Shown: in pieces, positions 24,911 through 39,080 of the stretch
Layout of the letters: each line of letters begins with the position of its first letter
Numbering within the stretch: position 1 is the stretch's first letter
NCBI RefSeq assembly: GCF_963576615.1
Contig: NC_088716.1
Span: 43,623,910-43,687,909 of the forward strand
Length of the DNA: 64,000 nucleotides
Origin: Watersipora subatra
Lineage: Eukaryota
Direction of reading: 5' to 3'
Notes under the pieces: generated by a model
Databases searched by the model: none
The model's input: only the letters and a program-made list of their open reading frames with translations
Told to the model about the DNA's origin: nothing
Made by a program: the position numbers and the translations under genes

Positions 24911-26699
24911 AAGATAAAAGTTAAAAGCCAGAATTAATTGGATAGAGATAAAAAGATACAACCTCAAGATCTAGTCAAATTAAGCAAAAATCACATGCAT
25001 GGTGTATTGGAACACCGTGTTACAGTTAAGTTACAGGTGGCTTTAAACTGCGCTGCTTGAGACGGCTCAGTTTCTTGACAAAGACCTTCTGTCATTTAAT
25101 GCCTGCTCATATCAGCCTCTAATATTATATTCATACTAACCAAATCAGGGTCAGTAACATGCAAAATGCACAACAAACCAAACCAGTTCAAACCACTCTA
25201 TTCAACAACATAGAAAATTACTCAGATGAACATCACTCTACTCATTGCCATGTCACCAAAGACCTATGCACTGTTACAAAGCAATTATTTTAAACCCATT
25301 ACCCTGATCGCAGTATGTCAAAATATGAGATCTCTATGCTGCAGGATGTAAAAATGCAAGAGCTGGACCACACAGCTAGAATGGTCACAGGTAAAAATCA
25401 ATTATTTTATCACAAAAATTCCCTCCAATTATAAATTACAATAAATTACAAGAACAACAGAGAACAGAAAGATGAATGCACTAACCTCATGAGCATCATC
25501 AACAAAGCGTATCGTGACATATTTCAAGACTTATCCATAAAAGATCCTATCTCAAAAATGGTCATGAAGGAGGACATGACAGACCAGAAAATTAATAGCT
25601 GCACAGTTACTTGCCAGCACTTTCAATCTTTTTCGATTTTTGGATTTCCTGACCATACAACCAAGTGAAAAACTAAAATAAAAGAGCTATGGAATGCAAT
25701 TCCAAAAGCTATTCCAAAGAGTTATCAATTAGAAAACCACAAAAACAGTTTGGCAACAAAACCCACTCACTATTTACAGCGATATACAACAATGGCACAA
25801 TATTCATCCAAGGCTGTATGGTCCTGTTTTATGCTGAAGAGGTTATTAAATCATTACTGACTAGTTGGCTCCCTTCAAACTGTTCCATGTTAACGGTAGA
25901 AAAACGCTGACTTTCACATATGTTAAAGAAATCCCTGTCATTCCTTCAGTCAGATAAACATTCAAATAGAACCTCTGATGACAATTTACACATGATTACC
26001 AGGTCCAATTCTCTTTAAGAACCCAACACAGCTCCAAGTCTGGTAAAAACATATTATAATGTGGAGTTTCCTCAAGGTGGTTTTATCGTATGAATGTTGA
26101 CAAGGATAATTCAAGACGACTGCTTAGCTAGGCTGCTTGATCAGTACTGATGAGTCATAAAGGTAACACCAGCTGGACCACCCATAACATTGCTTCAAGG
26201 TCACACATACTTAGTACACATATAACAAAACAATAGAAAAAGCACAAGAAAGACAGTCTGAAAGGATTCTGGTTGAAAAACAGTTCATAGTAGACATACA
26301 AAATCAACTCGCGTTCGCTACACAAATAATAGGAAAACTGAAAAAAGCTATATTAAATACTGAACTCTAAATGACAACAGGTCCAAAATTAGGAAACCTT
26401 AGTCAGCGTGTGAATAAGCTAAAACACAGTAACAGAGAAAAGAAAAAAAATCATACAAGAATGCAGCTCTTTCCTAAGCCTCAGACAATCTAAGATAAAA
26501 TTTACCTATCAGAAACTCAAACAGCAAAAACAATGCCCAGCATGTCCCAAACAATTCAAACAGAAATTTACCCAATAGCAATGCGATTAGCAGAAATGAT
26601 GCCCAACCTTCTACAATTGCATCAGACATGATAAGAGTTATGTTTGCCCCAAACAAATGCATTGTAATATACGATTGCAATGATAAAACACAACTCAGC

Positions 26700-29600
26700 A
26701 AGGGTAGCAATATCAGAAGAATAATAGGTAAAGACAAATAAATCACCATTGATAGAATATCTCATAGCACTAATGGCAATGTTCTAGTTCAACTTAGCAA
26801 AGAATTAATGGTTGACAAAGTTATCTGGCAATGGGAACCAAAAACTTTGGAAACTCCAAAGTAAGAAAGATTATTTCAGCAACTCTAAAATCAGGCGTAT
26901 TAAAGGGAGTTCCAACAGACAAATGATGAACAGATACAGGACGACCTACAACAAGAAGACTATAATGTCACAAAAGTTAAGCGGTATCGAGTGGACAGCT
27001 CATACACTACAGCAATAAAAATCAGAGGAAGTAGAACCAGTAGGAGGACGGATTTCAGTGACACAATGCTATAACTGCATGAAATCTGTTCACATAGCTA
27101 TGACCATTTTTTCCGTATGAGTCAAAAGAAATGTCGCCACTATTCTGACCCCTATGAAGAGATGCATGATGAATGTCCAAAGGAAAAGAAATGTATTAAC
27201 TTTGAAAAGAAGCACAAACCCCTGGATAAAAACTACTCATAATACAGAAAGCTCTTTCATCGACAAGAACTGAGATGAGAACAAATGTTATGCTCCATCA
27301 ACTACTATGGCTAATAAGTCTGACAACAAGCGAAAGATGATACAGATTAGCATAAATGGTTTTTGTCACCTCTCACTATTAACTCTCGACAAATACATCA
27401 ATCAAAACAAAGCAGATCTAGTATTCATTTTAGAAATTAAAACAATGCAGATTTCAAATGATTACTTCCAAAACTACAGTGTTCTCTTAAAACCAATCAA
27501 CAACAACCTCTCTAAGCAAGGCACCGTTGTTATATTACTACACAACACTATAAGCTCTGACAGACTACACAGTATAGAACAACGAGATTCAGAAATACTT
27601 TTCATTGCCATCAACATAAATGGTAAATATTCATACTCGGATCAACATATATTCAACCTGAAAATACTATTAAACTAGAAACTGTTCTCAAACAAATTAG
27701 TAGAGCTAGAGTCGAGACGCCTAATCTCAAGTGCACAGAACTAGCTATACATGGTGATTTCCATGCAAGGAGCCCTGCTTGGAATGACTGCAAAACCAAT
27801 TCACTTGGCCAACAGCTTTTTAACTACTGCAACAACCAAAACTTTTAAGGGGTAGACAAACACAATGATTTCACTTTTCTCTGCAATTATGGTGGAAGTG
27901 TTGTAGACCTAATGATAACAACCCAAAATACAGCTATCATAATAAGCAACCAGTACACATATGACTTCACAGAACTTTGCTCAGGAGCACCAACAAGAGG
28001 CCACATTCTGGTGTGGACTTTGTTTACAACACAGAAGATGCAAACAGAACCAAAAAATTCATACTCATATAACAGATGTGAGTGGATTAAGTAAACTACA
28101 CAATTAGATATACTTTGAGCAGAAACATTCTCGGGATTGCAGCAGAAACCGATCTTACAATTATCCAGAACAAAATTTTTACCAATCTTACTCGTTTTAA
28201 AGAATCAAATATCCCAAAAATTAAGCTATCATGAGACTGCAAAACGTATTGGCCGTATTGGACTGAAGAACTATCAACCCTGTCGAAAGAACTAAGACAA
28301 GCAAAGGCAAAATTAAAATAGACTAAGAGTAGTTCTTTTGAGAATGGTGATACACTTGAATTGTCAAAACAAAAATTCAGAAAAGCATCAGAATATGCAA
28401 AAACAAAATTTCCTTGAAGCAAAAGCAGACAAGAGGACCGCTTGAAACAAGCGGTCCTCTTGACCACAGTAATAGTCCAGAGTTTTGGAACAAATTCAAG
28501 TAGACCTTTTATCACAATACTAATGCTCGGTGGTACTTAGATTGGTGATCTAAGTACCACCGATCTAAGATTGGTGGTCTAAGTACCATCAGCAAGATTC
28601 TAACCACCGATTCAAGTAAAGCAGAACTTTTTTATGACAACATCTTCCAAGGCAAACACTTCACATCAACTCTACACCACACTTAGTTATCAGGGATTCG
28701 TTAGGGATGCATGTTAACAATTTAGTCATCAGGGAATTAGGAATTAGTTAGCATTTAAACAACAGAGTTGCAGAAGAATTGAAAAATGCACCTAGATTTT
28801 CACGCTTGACCAGTCACAATAGAAGAAATAATCGAGTCTACAAAACAAATTAAAACCAGAGGAAAAGGACCCGACTACGACAGAGTACACCTTTCAATGA
28901 TAAAAAATGGAAGTTTCCAGTTTCAAATTACACTCAAAATTCTGTTTCACAGTATCCTTACCTCAACCAGGAACCATTTTTCAACAATGTAGTTAATTTC
29001 TTGAGAAAGCATGGGAAGAAAGATTACACCACAACAAACAACTATCGTATCGCCCAATCACAAAAATCTCTCAATGTGGAAAAATTCTAGAAAGAATAAT
29101 TTAGCACGAACTTAAAACTCTAACAGGCTGGATACCAGAATACCGTCAGAATTTTGTAAAAACAGATTTACCTCTACTTACCTATGGCCAATGATGATAG
29201 AATTTCAATACAATCAATCATCTAAACAAAAATTCGCGGGTCTCTTTATTGATTTGCAAAAAACGTTTGACACTGTATGGCACCACGGAATGTTGTTCAG
29301 ACTCGCTGAATTAAGAATAAATGGACCCTTTTTTCAATTAATATCTGATATTCTCATACGACGAGCGATCAGAATTAAAGTTAACAACCATCTATCACAG
29401 CCAAAACAATGCGAAATAGGACTCCCACAAGGAAACATCTTATCCTCTGTACCTTTTATATTTTACACAAGAGACATGCTGAGCTTATGGAATGGAACTC
29501 CGCTACAATATGCAGATGTCTGTTTAGTTATCTGCTGAAAACCAAATAAAGAGCTACTATATGAAATAATGAAAAGCAACTGCATCAAGCTCACACACTG

Positions 29601-30540
29601 ACTAGAACAATGGCGCATGAAGGCGCACTGTTTTAAGACAGATACTATTTGGTTCAACTGTAACTCAAAACAACTCCAAGTCAGCGGAGAAAACATAAAA
29701 ATTACTAATTTTTCTAAAGTTTTAGGTTTAACCCTAGACTCTAAGTTAGCATTCAACAGACAAAAAGAAGTATCAAAAGCAATATTGGCCAAAAAATGGA
29801 GACTACTTTTCTAGTTCATCAATGCAGGGTTAAAGCCATACTATTCTAAAAAGATATTAGAATCAACCATAATACCGAAAGTGTTTTACAATAGTTTTAT
29901 AGGGAATCAAAAAGCTGACATCTCTCTCCATAGTTGTTTGAAAGACATATACTAGGAGCAAAGACTAATCCTTCAATAGAAGCACTCCAGCATATCACAA
30001 ACATACCTACAGCTGAGTCTTTAAGCTCCAGAGACATATACACATACTGTTGAGTGGCAATAGGACAAATTTATTTCGCAAAAACTTTGTTATCTACGAA
30101 AAGTAAACTTCAAAATAAAATACATTCTCACATTGTAAGCCTAAATGGTAGAAACACAACTATAGCAGACATGTCAAGTCATTTTAGAGGATCCACTATT
30201 CGAAAGCAACTAATTAATGATTGGCAACGCCAATGGATAACTCGTCTGATAACGGGACACTGTTATCTTCTTCAGACCTGAACCCTTGTATATAGTATCA
30301 ATCAGTTTATTTTTGTACAAGTTATCCTGCATTACTTATTTGAAGTCATCCTCTCATGTAAATTTTATTTTAGGTTTCACACAAATAATCTCAAACTGAA
30401 CATGAATTGTTCACTACTATCTTGTATTCAGAATACTTTTACAGTTTCCATTTTATTTGATAATATTCCTGAAAATAGAGGCTTTTTATTATTTTGTTAT
30501 CAACAAAATAAAAGATTACTAATTAACTTCAAACCTGGAA
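26700..30540 (+). mobile_element. Non-LTR retrotransposon (Jockey/CR1-like LINE), copy A, degraded
   Basis: Around 27000 there is an ORF1-like CX2CX4H knuckle remnant (CYNCMKSVH). The AP-endonuclease start is at 27307 (MIQISINGFCHL...DLVFILEIK). The RT lies at 29190-29800 (FIDLQKTFDTVWHHGMLFRL...NNHLSQPKQCEIGLPQGNILSS...YAD). There are multiple stops and frameshifts, and an internal deletion of the zinc-finger region relative to copy B. The 3' tail ends ...aacttcaaacctggaa. The 5' boundary is uncertain. Confidence 0.8.
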
Positions 30541-33500
30541 CAACAAGATTCAGAGATACTTTTCATTGCCATCAACATAAATTGTAAACGATTCATACTC
30601 GGATCAACGTATATTCAACCTGAAAATACAACAAAACTAGATACTGTTCTCAAACAAATTGGTAGAGCCAGAGCCGAAATGCCTAACCTGAAGTGCACAG
30701 AACTAGCTATACTTGGTGATCTCAATGCAAGGCACCCGGCTTAGAATGACTGCAAAACCAATACACTTGGCCGACAACTTTTTAACCACTGCAATAACCA
30801 AAACTTTGAAGTGATAGACCAACACAAAGATTTCACTTTTCTCTGCATTAATGGAGGAAGTGTTATAGACCTTATCATAACAACCTAAAATACAGCTACT
30901 ATAATGAGCAACCAGTACGCAGATGACTCGAAAGAACTTTTTTCAGGAGCATCAACAAGAGGCCACGTTCCGGTGTAGACATTGTTTACAACACATAAGA
31001 TAAAAACAGAACTGAAAATCTCATACTCTTGGAACAGATGTGAGTGGATTAAATATACTACACAATTAGAGATACTTTCAGCAGAAACAATCCCAGGGAT
31101 TGTAGCAGAAACAGATCCTGCAATTATATGGAACAAAGTTCTTACCAATCTTACTCATTCCAAAGAATCAAACGTCCCAAAAATTAAGCTATCAGGGCAC
31201 TGCAAACCTTACTAGAATGAAGAACTGTTAACTTTGTCGAAAGAACTAAGACAAGCAAAAGAAAAATTCAAATACAGAAGTTCTTTTGAGTATGGTGATA
31301 CGCTTGAATTATCAAAGCAAAGATTCAGAACAGCACTGGAAGATGCAAAAACAAAATTTCTGGAAACAAAAGCAGACGCCCTCAACTGCAGTAATGGTCC
31401 AGAGTTTTGGAAGAATTTCAAGCAGACTTTTTATAACAATACTAATGCTAAGATCGGCGATTTAAGTACCACCAGCAAAATTCTAACCACCGATTCAAGT
31501 AAAGCAGAACTCTTCTATGACAACATCTTCAAAGGCAAACACCTTACCATCAACTCTACATCAGACTCAGTCATCAGGGACTCGTTAGGGGCGCATGTGA
31601 ACAAAAGAGTTGCAGAACAATTGCAAAACGAACCTAGATTTCCACACTTGACCACACCAGTCACAATCGAAGAAATAATCAAGTCTACACAACAAATTAA
31701 AACCAGAGGAAAAGGACCCGACTACGACGGAGTGCACCCTTCATGATAAAAAATGGAAGTTTCCAGTTTCAAATTACGCTCAAAATCCTGTTTGACACTA
31801 TCCTTACCTCAAGCAAATGGCCATTTTCCAACAATGTAGTAGTTTTCTTGAGAAAGCTTGGGAAAAAATGATTACACCACAACAAACAACTATCGCCCAA
31901 TCACAATAACCTCTAAATGTGGAAAAATTCTAGAAAGAATAATTGAGCACAGACTAAGTATTCTAACAGAGTCAGAAGGCTGGATACCAGAATACCAACA
32001 ACGATTTTGTAAAAACAGATCTACCTCTACTTACCTATGTCCAATGATGTTAGAAATTCAACACAATCAATCATCTAAAAAAAGCTGCAGGCATTTTTAT
32101 CGACCTACAAAAAGCTTTTGACAGTGTATGGCACCAAGGAATGCTGTTCCGACTTGTTGAATTAGGAATAAATGGATCCTTCCTTCAATTAATATCTAAT
32201 TTCCTCACACGACAAACAATCAGAATTAAAGTTAACAACCATCTATCACAGCCAAAACAATGCGAAATAGGACTGCCACAAGGAAGTATCTTATCCCCTA
32301 TACTTTTTATACTTTACACAAGAGACATGCTGAACTCATGGAATGGAACTCCGCTTCAATATGCAGATGATTGTTCAGTTATCTGCTTAAGACCAAATGA
32401 AAAACTACTATATGAAACGATGGAAAGCTACTGCATCAAGCTCACACACTGGCTAGAACAATGGCGCATGAAAGCAAACTGTTCCAAGACAGATACTGTT
32501 TGGTTCAACTGTAACCCAAAACAATTTCAAGTCAGCGGAAAAAACGTAAAAATTACCAATACTATTCTAGTTTTAGATTTAACCCTAGACTTTAAGCTAG
32601 CATTCAACACACAAAGAGAAGAGTCAAAAGCGATATTGGCCAAAAAATGGAGACTACTTCTCCCGTTCATCAATGCAGGGTTAAAGCCATACTATTCTAA
32701 AAAGATACTAGATTCAACCATAATGCCGAAAGTGTTTCACAATAGTTTTATATGGGATCAAAAAGCTGACACCTCTTTCCATAGTTGTTTGAAAGACATA
32801 TGTAGTACTAGGAGCAAAGACTAATCCTTCAATAGAAGCACTCCAGCATATCACAAACATACCTACAGCTGAGTCTTTAAGCTCCAGAAACATATACACA
32901 TACTGTCGAATGGCAATAGGACAGAGTTATTTTGCAAAAACTTTGTTATCTACAAAAAGTAGATAGATTAAGTCATTTTAGATGATCCACTATTCGAAAG
33001 CAACTAATTAATGATCGACAACGCGGATGGAAAACTCATCTCATAACAGGACACTGCTCCACTGGTTTATTAAAGGACCTAGAAACAGATCATCTGGAGG
33101 AAAACCTTATTCCACTTATATTACCAAGGAGACAAATATCAATTTTAACTGGGCGTTTCACAGGCCACACAACCTTACAATATCACTTATACAAACTCAA
33201 TTTAACATTTACACCAACATGCACATGCCTGGATGAGGACCAAACAGTAGACCATTATCTATACAGATGCCGCAATTACACCAATCTAAGAAAGAAAATA
33301 TTTCCAAACCCTCACAACTATCAACGCCTGCTAGAACTTGTACATGAAAGCGGCCGATTCAATTGAAAACATAATTAACCCACTGTAGATAAACCATAGA
33401 AGTAAACATCAACGATACTTACACACACAGATGATACCGACCATATTATAGTCATCCTATTATTAATAACAATCAATCTTGCCACAATCAATACTCATAG

Positions 33501-33771
33501 AGGATCTATTCTTCAGACCTGAACCCTTATATATAGTTTCAATCAATTTATTTTTGTATGTGATCCTGCATTACTTATTCGAAGTCATCCTCTCATGTAA
33601 ATTTTCTTTTAATTTTCACACAATAACCTCAAACTAAACATGAATTGTTCACCACTATCTTGCATTCAGGATACTTTTACAGTTTTCATTTTGTTTGATC
33701 ATATGCCTGCAAATAGAGGCTGTTTATTATCACCAAAATAAATTATTAATAACTAACTTCAAACCTCGAAG
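30541..33771 (+). mobile_element. Non-LTR retrotransposon (same family), copy B, 5'-truncated within the endonuclease domain, head-to-tail with copy A
   Basis: It starts at the position equivalent to ~27577 of copy A. The endonuclease is interrupted by stops. The RT is more intact (FIDLQKAFDSVWHQGMLFRLVELGINGSFLQ...QPKQCEIGLPQGSILSPILFILYTRDM...YADDCSV). The C-terminal zinc finger is CTCLDEDQTVDHYLYRCRNY. The 3' tail matches copy A and ends ...aacttcaaacctcgaag. Confidence 0.85.
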
Positions 33772-33873
33772 TTACGAGATTACCCGCCATTTACTCCCTC
33801 ATTAGGAATTTAACTATATTTCGCTTGTTTATTTGTTATTTTCCATTTATTAACCAAGGCGATATAGGCTGCC

Positions 33874-33921
33874 ATGGCATACAAACCTCAGAAGGTGCAG
33901 AAGGTTATGGTACAACCCATT
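33874..33921 (+). CDS. SNRPE: snRNP Sm-E (SNRPE) exon 1: MAYKPQKVQKVMVQPI, donor gtatcc
   Basis: The peptide matches the conserved Sm-E N-terminus (MAYRGQGQKVQKVMVQPI in human). A GT donor follows immediately. Confidence 0.8.
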
Positions 33922-35950
33922 GTATCCTTTCAAGTCTTTTTATCCAACGCTCAGGCTTGCCAACCCAAGAGTGGGGCAATGCTTGAGATTTGGTTTGGGG
34001 CAACTGATGTATCAATGATAGTATATATAAAATTGTTGAAATTGGGTCCAAAATCTCACGCATTTTCATTTTAACTTTGGGTTGGTTGTGTGAGAGTTGG
34101 CAGGTATGCTAACGCTAATTACTTTCCGTGAAAATGGCGCTGATCATTATTTTCATGATGATGAACTTTTTATTATTAAAATATGATATACAACAATGAA
34201 GCAAAAACCTCTTTTTGCAGGCTAACATGAAATGAAATTGTATGGTCCGATTATAGTACATATTGACCTTAATAGATCGTAATATATTATATAGCTAAAA
34301 ATGTATTATGTACAATTAAAATGGACGTGTTTATTTTGATTGTTCATGTTTGGCAATGTTGACTGGCAAAATTTTCTATTTAAACAAGATTGTATTAAGT
34401 GTTTGGCATGATAGTCTTACGCGTTTGGCAAAAATTGTCTTGAATGCTTGGGTCGACAGTATCTGCAAACATCTGCAGAGCTGGTCTCCTGACGTCAGAC
34501 GGCCCTAGACGCCGTCAAGTGTTAGTGTTGGTCGAGTTAACGCCTGGCCAAGGCTATAATATTATCATCTGGTGTCATGTGAACATGAGACGACGGGTGA
34601 CTTGCAGGAAGTCTATTAGGGAATCCCAACTATTTTCTGTTGGCTGTATGTGTGATCTAGCATCTTTGGAATCCGCACATATATGGAGGTAATGGTGATC
34701 ATCTTCTTTTAAACAAGTGCAAGTTGGACTGTAACTGAATCCTGATCTGAATTGGAATAATTGGAGTCTGCTTTGGCCCGCTTTGTTTTACATTGAAGGC
34801 ATATGCTCAAAATGTTATTGTCATGAGCTTTCATCAAAACATTGACGCCTTAAATAATGTTATGGTGTGACTTCTGAATTACCTCGGATGAAGTAGAACG
34901 ATTTTTGTCACCATTAGCATAGTGAGTGTGCCCCATGTTTAATGTAGTGCTATTATATATATGGCCGGGGTTCAACGATACTGCTGATCATGTTTAGCTG
35001 TCAGCGGGCCTTATATTGTGTAGGCGCTGTAAATGTTTGCGATAGTTATGTAGTATTTTGTCTACCCAAATTCAGCAATTTTTTAAAATCAGCGTATAGG
35101 TTTCTATTTATATATTATTTTTTTAGATTTGCATGAGAATGCAAAGTTCTGTTGACCTCACCAGCAAAGAAAAAATTAAATATAACTTAAGTGAGTATAT
35201 AATACGAGTAGTGGATAGAGTATTTTATGAATGCAAAAAACTTGGCCCTAGTATGAGATGGAGTAAAATAGATTAAACATTGTATATAGGCCTACATGAG
35301 GTATAAAAAAACGAAAGATTTAATTTGGTAATTGGGCTAGACTTAATTCACTGTACTAATGGATGTACATGGAAAAAATAAATATGTCTATTTATGGAGG
35401 CTCCCTACTCTACTGTTCAAGAGCCATTTATGGCCCTAAAATGTAGACAGCCCATTGTTTATGATAAAGAAAAAAAAAAGATAGGGTTTATAACTTTCTA
35501 CACACAAACACACCTATATGTACGTTATGTTATGTATGTACGTATGTATATATAAGAGGTCTCGAGGCACTGAAGCATTCACGTCAAAATGAGTTATTAT
35601 CTGGTAGCTAAAATATCGGTCAAGTTTTGTTTAAAGCAATTTCATATGAATTTGCCTACGCTATCATGAGTGGGCGAATATGTAACAAGCTAGTGATCAC
35701 TGATCATGCTTGTAAAAGCTGTTTCCATATGTCATCAGCCAATTGGTTTCATTGTTTGTGCGATCTGGTCATCATATTTAACGCCACTGTTGAATTAAAA
35801 ACGACATTTTTAAGAAAATTTTGGCGTCATATTCTATTTTTTAAGATTTATTAGTTTGTTATCATGCCTAAAATGTTGTACAAGTCAAAAGTTGTAGTAA
35901 TAGGTTTGGTTTACAAAATTCTTTCATTGCTTTTCTTAACTGCGTTGCAG

Positions 35951-36119
35951 AATCTTATATTTAGATATTTACAGAACCGTAGTAGAATTTCTGTGTGGCT
36001 CAAAGATAATGTAAAGCTAAGAATTGAAGGGATTATTGTCGGCTTCGATGAATACATGAATGTTGTCATGGATGACTCGGAGGAGGTTCATCAAAAGACA
36101 AAGCGGCGAAAAACCATAG
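35951..36119 (+). CDS. SNRPE: SNRPE exon 2: [57 protein letters not shown]
   Basis: The acceptor is ctgcgttgcag and the donor is gttagt. The Sm1/Sm2 motif sequence is nearly identical to the conserved Sm-E ([17 protein letters not shown]...RIEGCIIGFDEYMNLVLDD). Confidence 0.9.
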
Positions 36120-36919
36120 GTTAGTTGTATTCGTGTTAGTTATAGAACTTTTTGTATAGCTTTATATAACTTATTTCGTATTAAATAATAGTGTGTATTT
36201 TTATAATCATCAGAGAATCTGTATACATTTCAATTGTTTCTTTTTTGTGTGTATCAGTCCGCAGTAATCATCTGAACGAAAATTTTCAATGTATACTTTT
36301 CTGAATGCCATATTAATTCTGTGTCATATGAACATGGTAACTATTGATTTCAGCCGCTGTGTGCATACATGTACCCACCTTTCCTTATGAGTACATTAAC
36401 AGTTTTGTAATAGTATTCCCCAAAGATTCTAAAGAAATTACAAAACCAATATTCTGCTTTTGCTCTAAAACGCGTTGTCATAAACCACACAGCATAAAGA
36501 TAATATATATTCGTTGCGCATCTCACATTGCCAAACAAATCTTACATTGTGACTGATGGTTGGAAGTACTATAAAATCTCAAATTACAAGTTATTCTGTA
36601 GTAGTAGAAGTAGTTTACGATAGAATTAATAAATCATCTGCAAATCTACACAAAAAGTTGGTAAAAAATATCAGTTTTCACATAGTTGGCCCACCTAATA
36701 TAATAGTAATAATGATCAAATAAAATAAGCTTGCAATAACAAAGTTATTGTCCACCGTCAATCTTTGCGTTATTTTAGGTGTGACAATAGATGTCGAATT
36801 GAAAAGCTGATAATGATTTTTAATTGTTTCTCATAATTACAGTTGATTAATTTAATAAATGGTGGAGGAATCTGAACTAAAGCAATGGTAGTTGTGTATG
36901 ACATAAATTGCTATTGCAG

Positions 36920-36984
36920 GTCGAATTCTACTGAAAGGAGACAATATAACACTACTGCAGGCCGTAGATGGTGTGGGAGGATAA
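36920..36984 (+). CDS. SNRPE: SNRPE exon 3: (G)RILLKGDNITLLQAVDGVGG*
   Basis: The acceptor is ctattgcag. The phase-1 junction gives ...TIG|RILLKGDNITLLQ, which matches the conserved RIMLKGDNITLLQ. A stop TAA is at 36982-36984. Confidence 0.8.
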
Positions 36985-37069
36985 CTGACCAACATCAGTT
37001 GCTACACTTGTACAGCATGCAAGGTGTCCATGTCCGACAGCTTAATGGTAATTAGGTGGTCTTTGAACA

Positions 37070-38180
37070 CCCAACTGCTCTAGAGCAAGGCTGTATTTCC
37101 TGTATAGTTCCCATCATATGTACATAATAAATTGCTTTACACATTTGTTTCTATTTGCCATTGTTTTTCATTTGTAAATAGATCTGATTGCCTATAGATT
37201 TTGTTATGCATAGAAACTATCATAGATGTACAACTTCTGTTTTCTAGATTGGGCAACTTCCTTGCCATTTTTATACCAAGTTTAGTGAGAGTATTATTGG
37301 TAATCTAAATGCTAGAATCTCAAATGAATGTCTTTGAATTGCTACTATGAGCAAATGGTCATTATTGAGGCAATAGAATTAGCTCTATTATCGCTTGATG
37401 GAATTAGAACTACATAATACCAGCCATCACCCAGCAACCCATCACATGCCAGCAACAAACATAAAAGTATGCCATTTGATAGTCACACGTTACTGTTAAA
37501 GAACAACTCCTAACATGGCAACAACAACAAAGCAATGAACAAAGGTGCAGGATGTAAAAGTTTACAAAGTAGGATGGCACTGTCAATTTTGATGTTGGGT
37601 GAAGGATTAATTTAGGATTGTCGAGTCTGGTTTACGATAATGCAAGGACAAGTTTCACCTTGTAGATGAACTCTAATGTTGCAGTGCAACCAAGAATTAC
37701 AAATAAGGCTACATCAAAAAATAAACGTGATTCGCCAATAAACAAAAGGAAAGCATGGACAGCAATAAGCTTTTAGAAGCTAAGCTATCATACAGTTACA
37801 GTAAGCAACTCCTAACTAGTGTTACAAGATTGCAGCCATCTTGTTTCAATAAAAATGTTTTTTTGGTGAAAAAAGACAGTAGTACTAGAAACATACCAAA
37901 GAAAGGTAATTAATAATACTCATGAGAGTCGCCAAGGAATTACCTTGTGTAAAAGTACATTACGGCCTTTGTATTAGACAGACATGGAAGTTGACATGAC
38001 AATAAACCACCCCAAGTGAGAGGAAAATGTTGCAAAATATGAGCTCAACGTGTCTAGGCACTATGACATTGTTGAATTAACAACAGGTGTGTTAATAAAA
38101 ATTGTCACACTGTATTTTACTTAGTTCTTTTATAAAGAATTATTAATTTTCATTTTGATGCACACTTTCTACAACGTCTT
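37070..38180. repeat. SNRPE 3'-flank segment that is reiterated at 40810-41870 and 43630-44210
   Basis: Long near-identical strings are shared by the three intervals, e.g. gagcaaggctgtatttcctgtatagttcccatcatatgtacataata and gagctcaacgtgt(c/t)taggcactatg. Confidence 0.8.
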
Positions 38181-38239
38181 ATGTTGTAATGATAAGTTTC
38201 GGTTAGAGAATTTTTTGTAGTTTTTCTCAACTGTTATTT

Positions 38240-38325
38240 AAAAACCTGAAGTTTAGATATTTACGGAATCAAATCAGAATTTCTGTACGGTTAAAGTAAA
38301 ATGTAAACATAAGAGTTGAAGTGCT
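38240..38325 (+). pseudogene. Highly degenerate SNRPE exon-2-like remnant
   Basis: tttagatatttacggaatcaaatcagaatttctgtacggttaaagtaaaatgtaaacataagagttgaag aligns to exon 2 (tttagatatttacagaaccgtagtagaatttctgtgtggctcaaagataatgtaaagctaagaattgaag), with many substitutions. Confidence 0.5.
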
Positions 38326-38769
38326 CCCTATTGCCTTTGACGAAAAAGCAGCCATGCTTCATTTTTTATACACCAGCTTATGATCAATAGGTCAGTGATT
38401 TAAATCACAAAAGAACCATTCCTGGCGTTAGTATCTAACCACATTTGCTTCTGTGCTCCAGTCAACCATCATGCCAGTATTAATACAAAACATTTCTGGC
38501 AGCAACGACCCCACAATGAGTAGGACCAGCCAGTAAAAGCAAAATCGTTAGCATTTACTACCATGAACAAAATGTTATTATTGCGGATTGCTCCGGAATC
38601 ATTTGTTGGCATTAGAACTACATAAAACGAAACACCTCTTTATGTAATAGCAACAGATATAAAAATGTGCTGCATCATTACTCAATAATAGCAGAATTAA
38701 GGTTATGAGTCACATAATAAAATTGTAAATCGATAATGAGGGTACCACCAAAGTTTAGTGAAAAACGTA

Positions 38770-39080
38770 CAATTACCTCGGCTGGAACGTTTCAAGAATA
38801 ACCCTGAAGTAAGACGGGAAGACTGCCAACTTTTCGACATACTTTTTCACTAATGATTGCCAGCGATGGTTGTTGATGTAAATAGAAAAGCAAGCACAGT
38901 GATGTGGCAAAAAATGCGTTGGCGATTATGCTATATGCAGATAATGATTATAAAACATGAATTTCCAGCGTTTCGTCAAAGCCGACGTGTTCAGCTCAGC
39001 GCCAAAATATAATTTGCAATAAATCATTATTTGTTTTTTCATATGTGTTGATATCTTACAACATTTTATAACATTTTAAA
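38770..39080. repeat. Unit of a second segmentally duplicated block, also present at 44560-45200 and 45840-46480
   Basis: Strings shared across the three intervals include tgccagcgatggttgttgatgtaaat / tgccagcagtagctgtcgataa and ...atatcttacatcatcttataacatttta.... Confidence 0.6.

Noticed and set aside
24950-26700. Possible LINE ORF1 or 5' UTR extending copy A upstream
   Set aside because: The region is A-rich on the + strand and shows only scattered short open frames. Only the CX2CX4H knuckle remnant near 27000 is recognisable, so the 5' boundary of copy A is left uncertain rather than extended.
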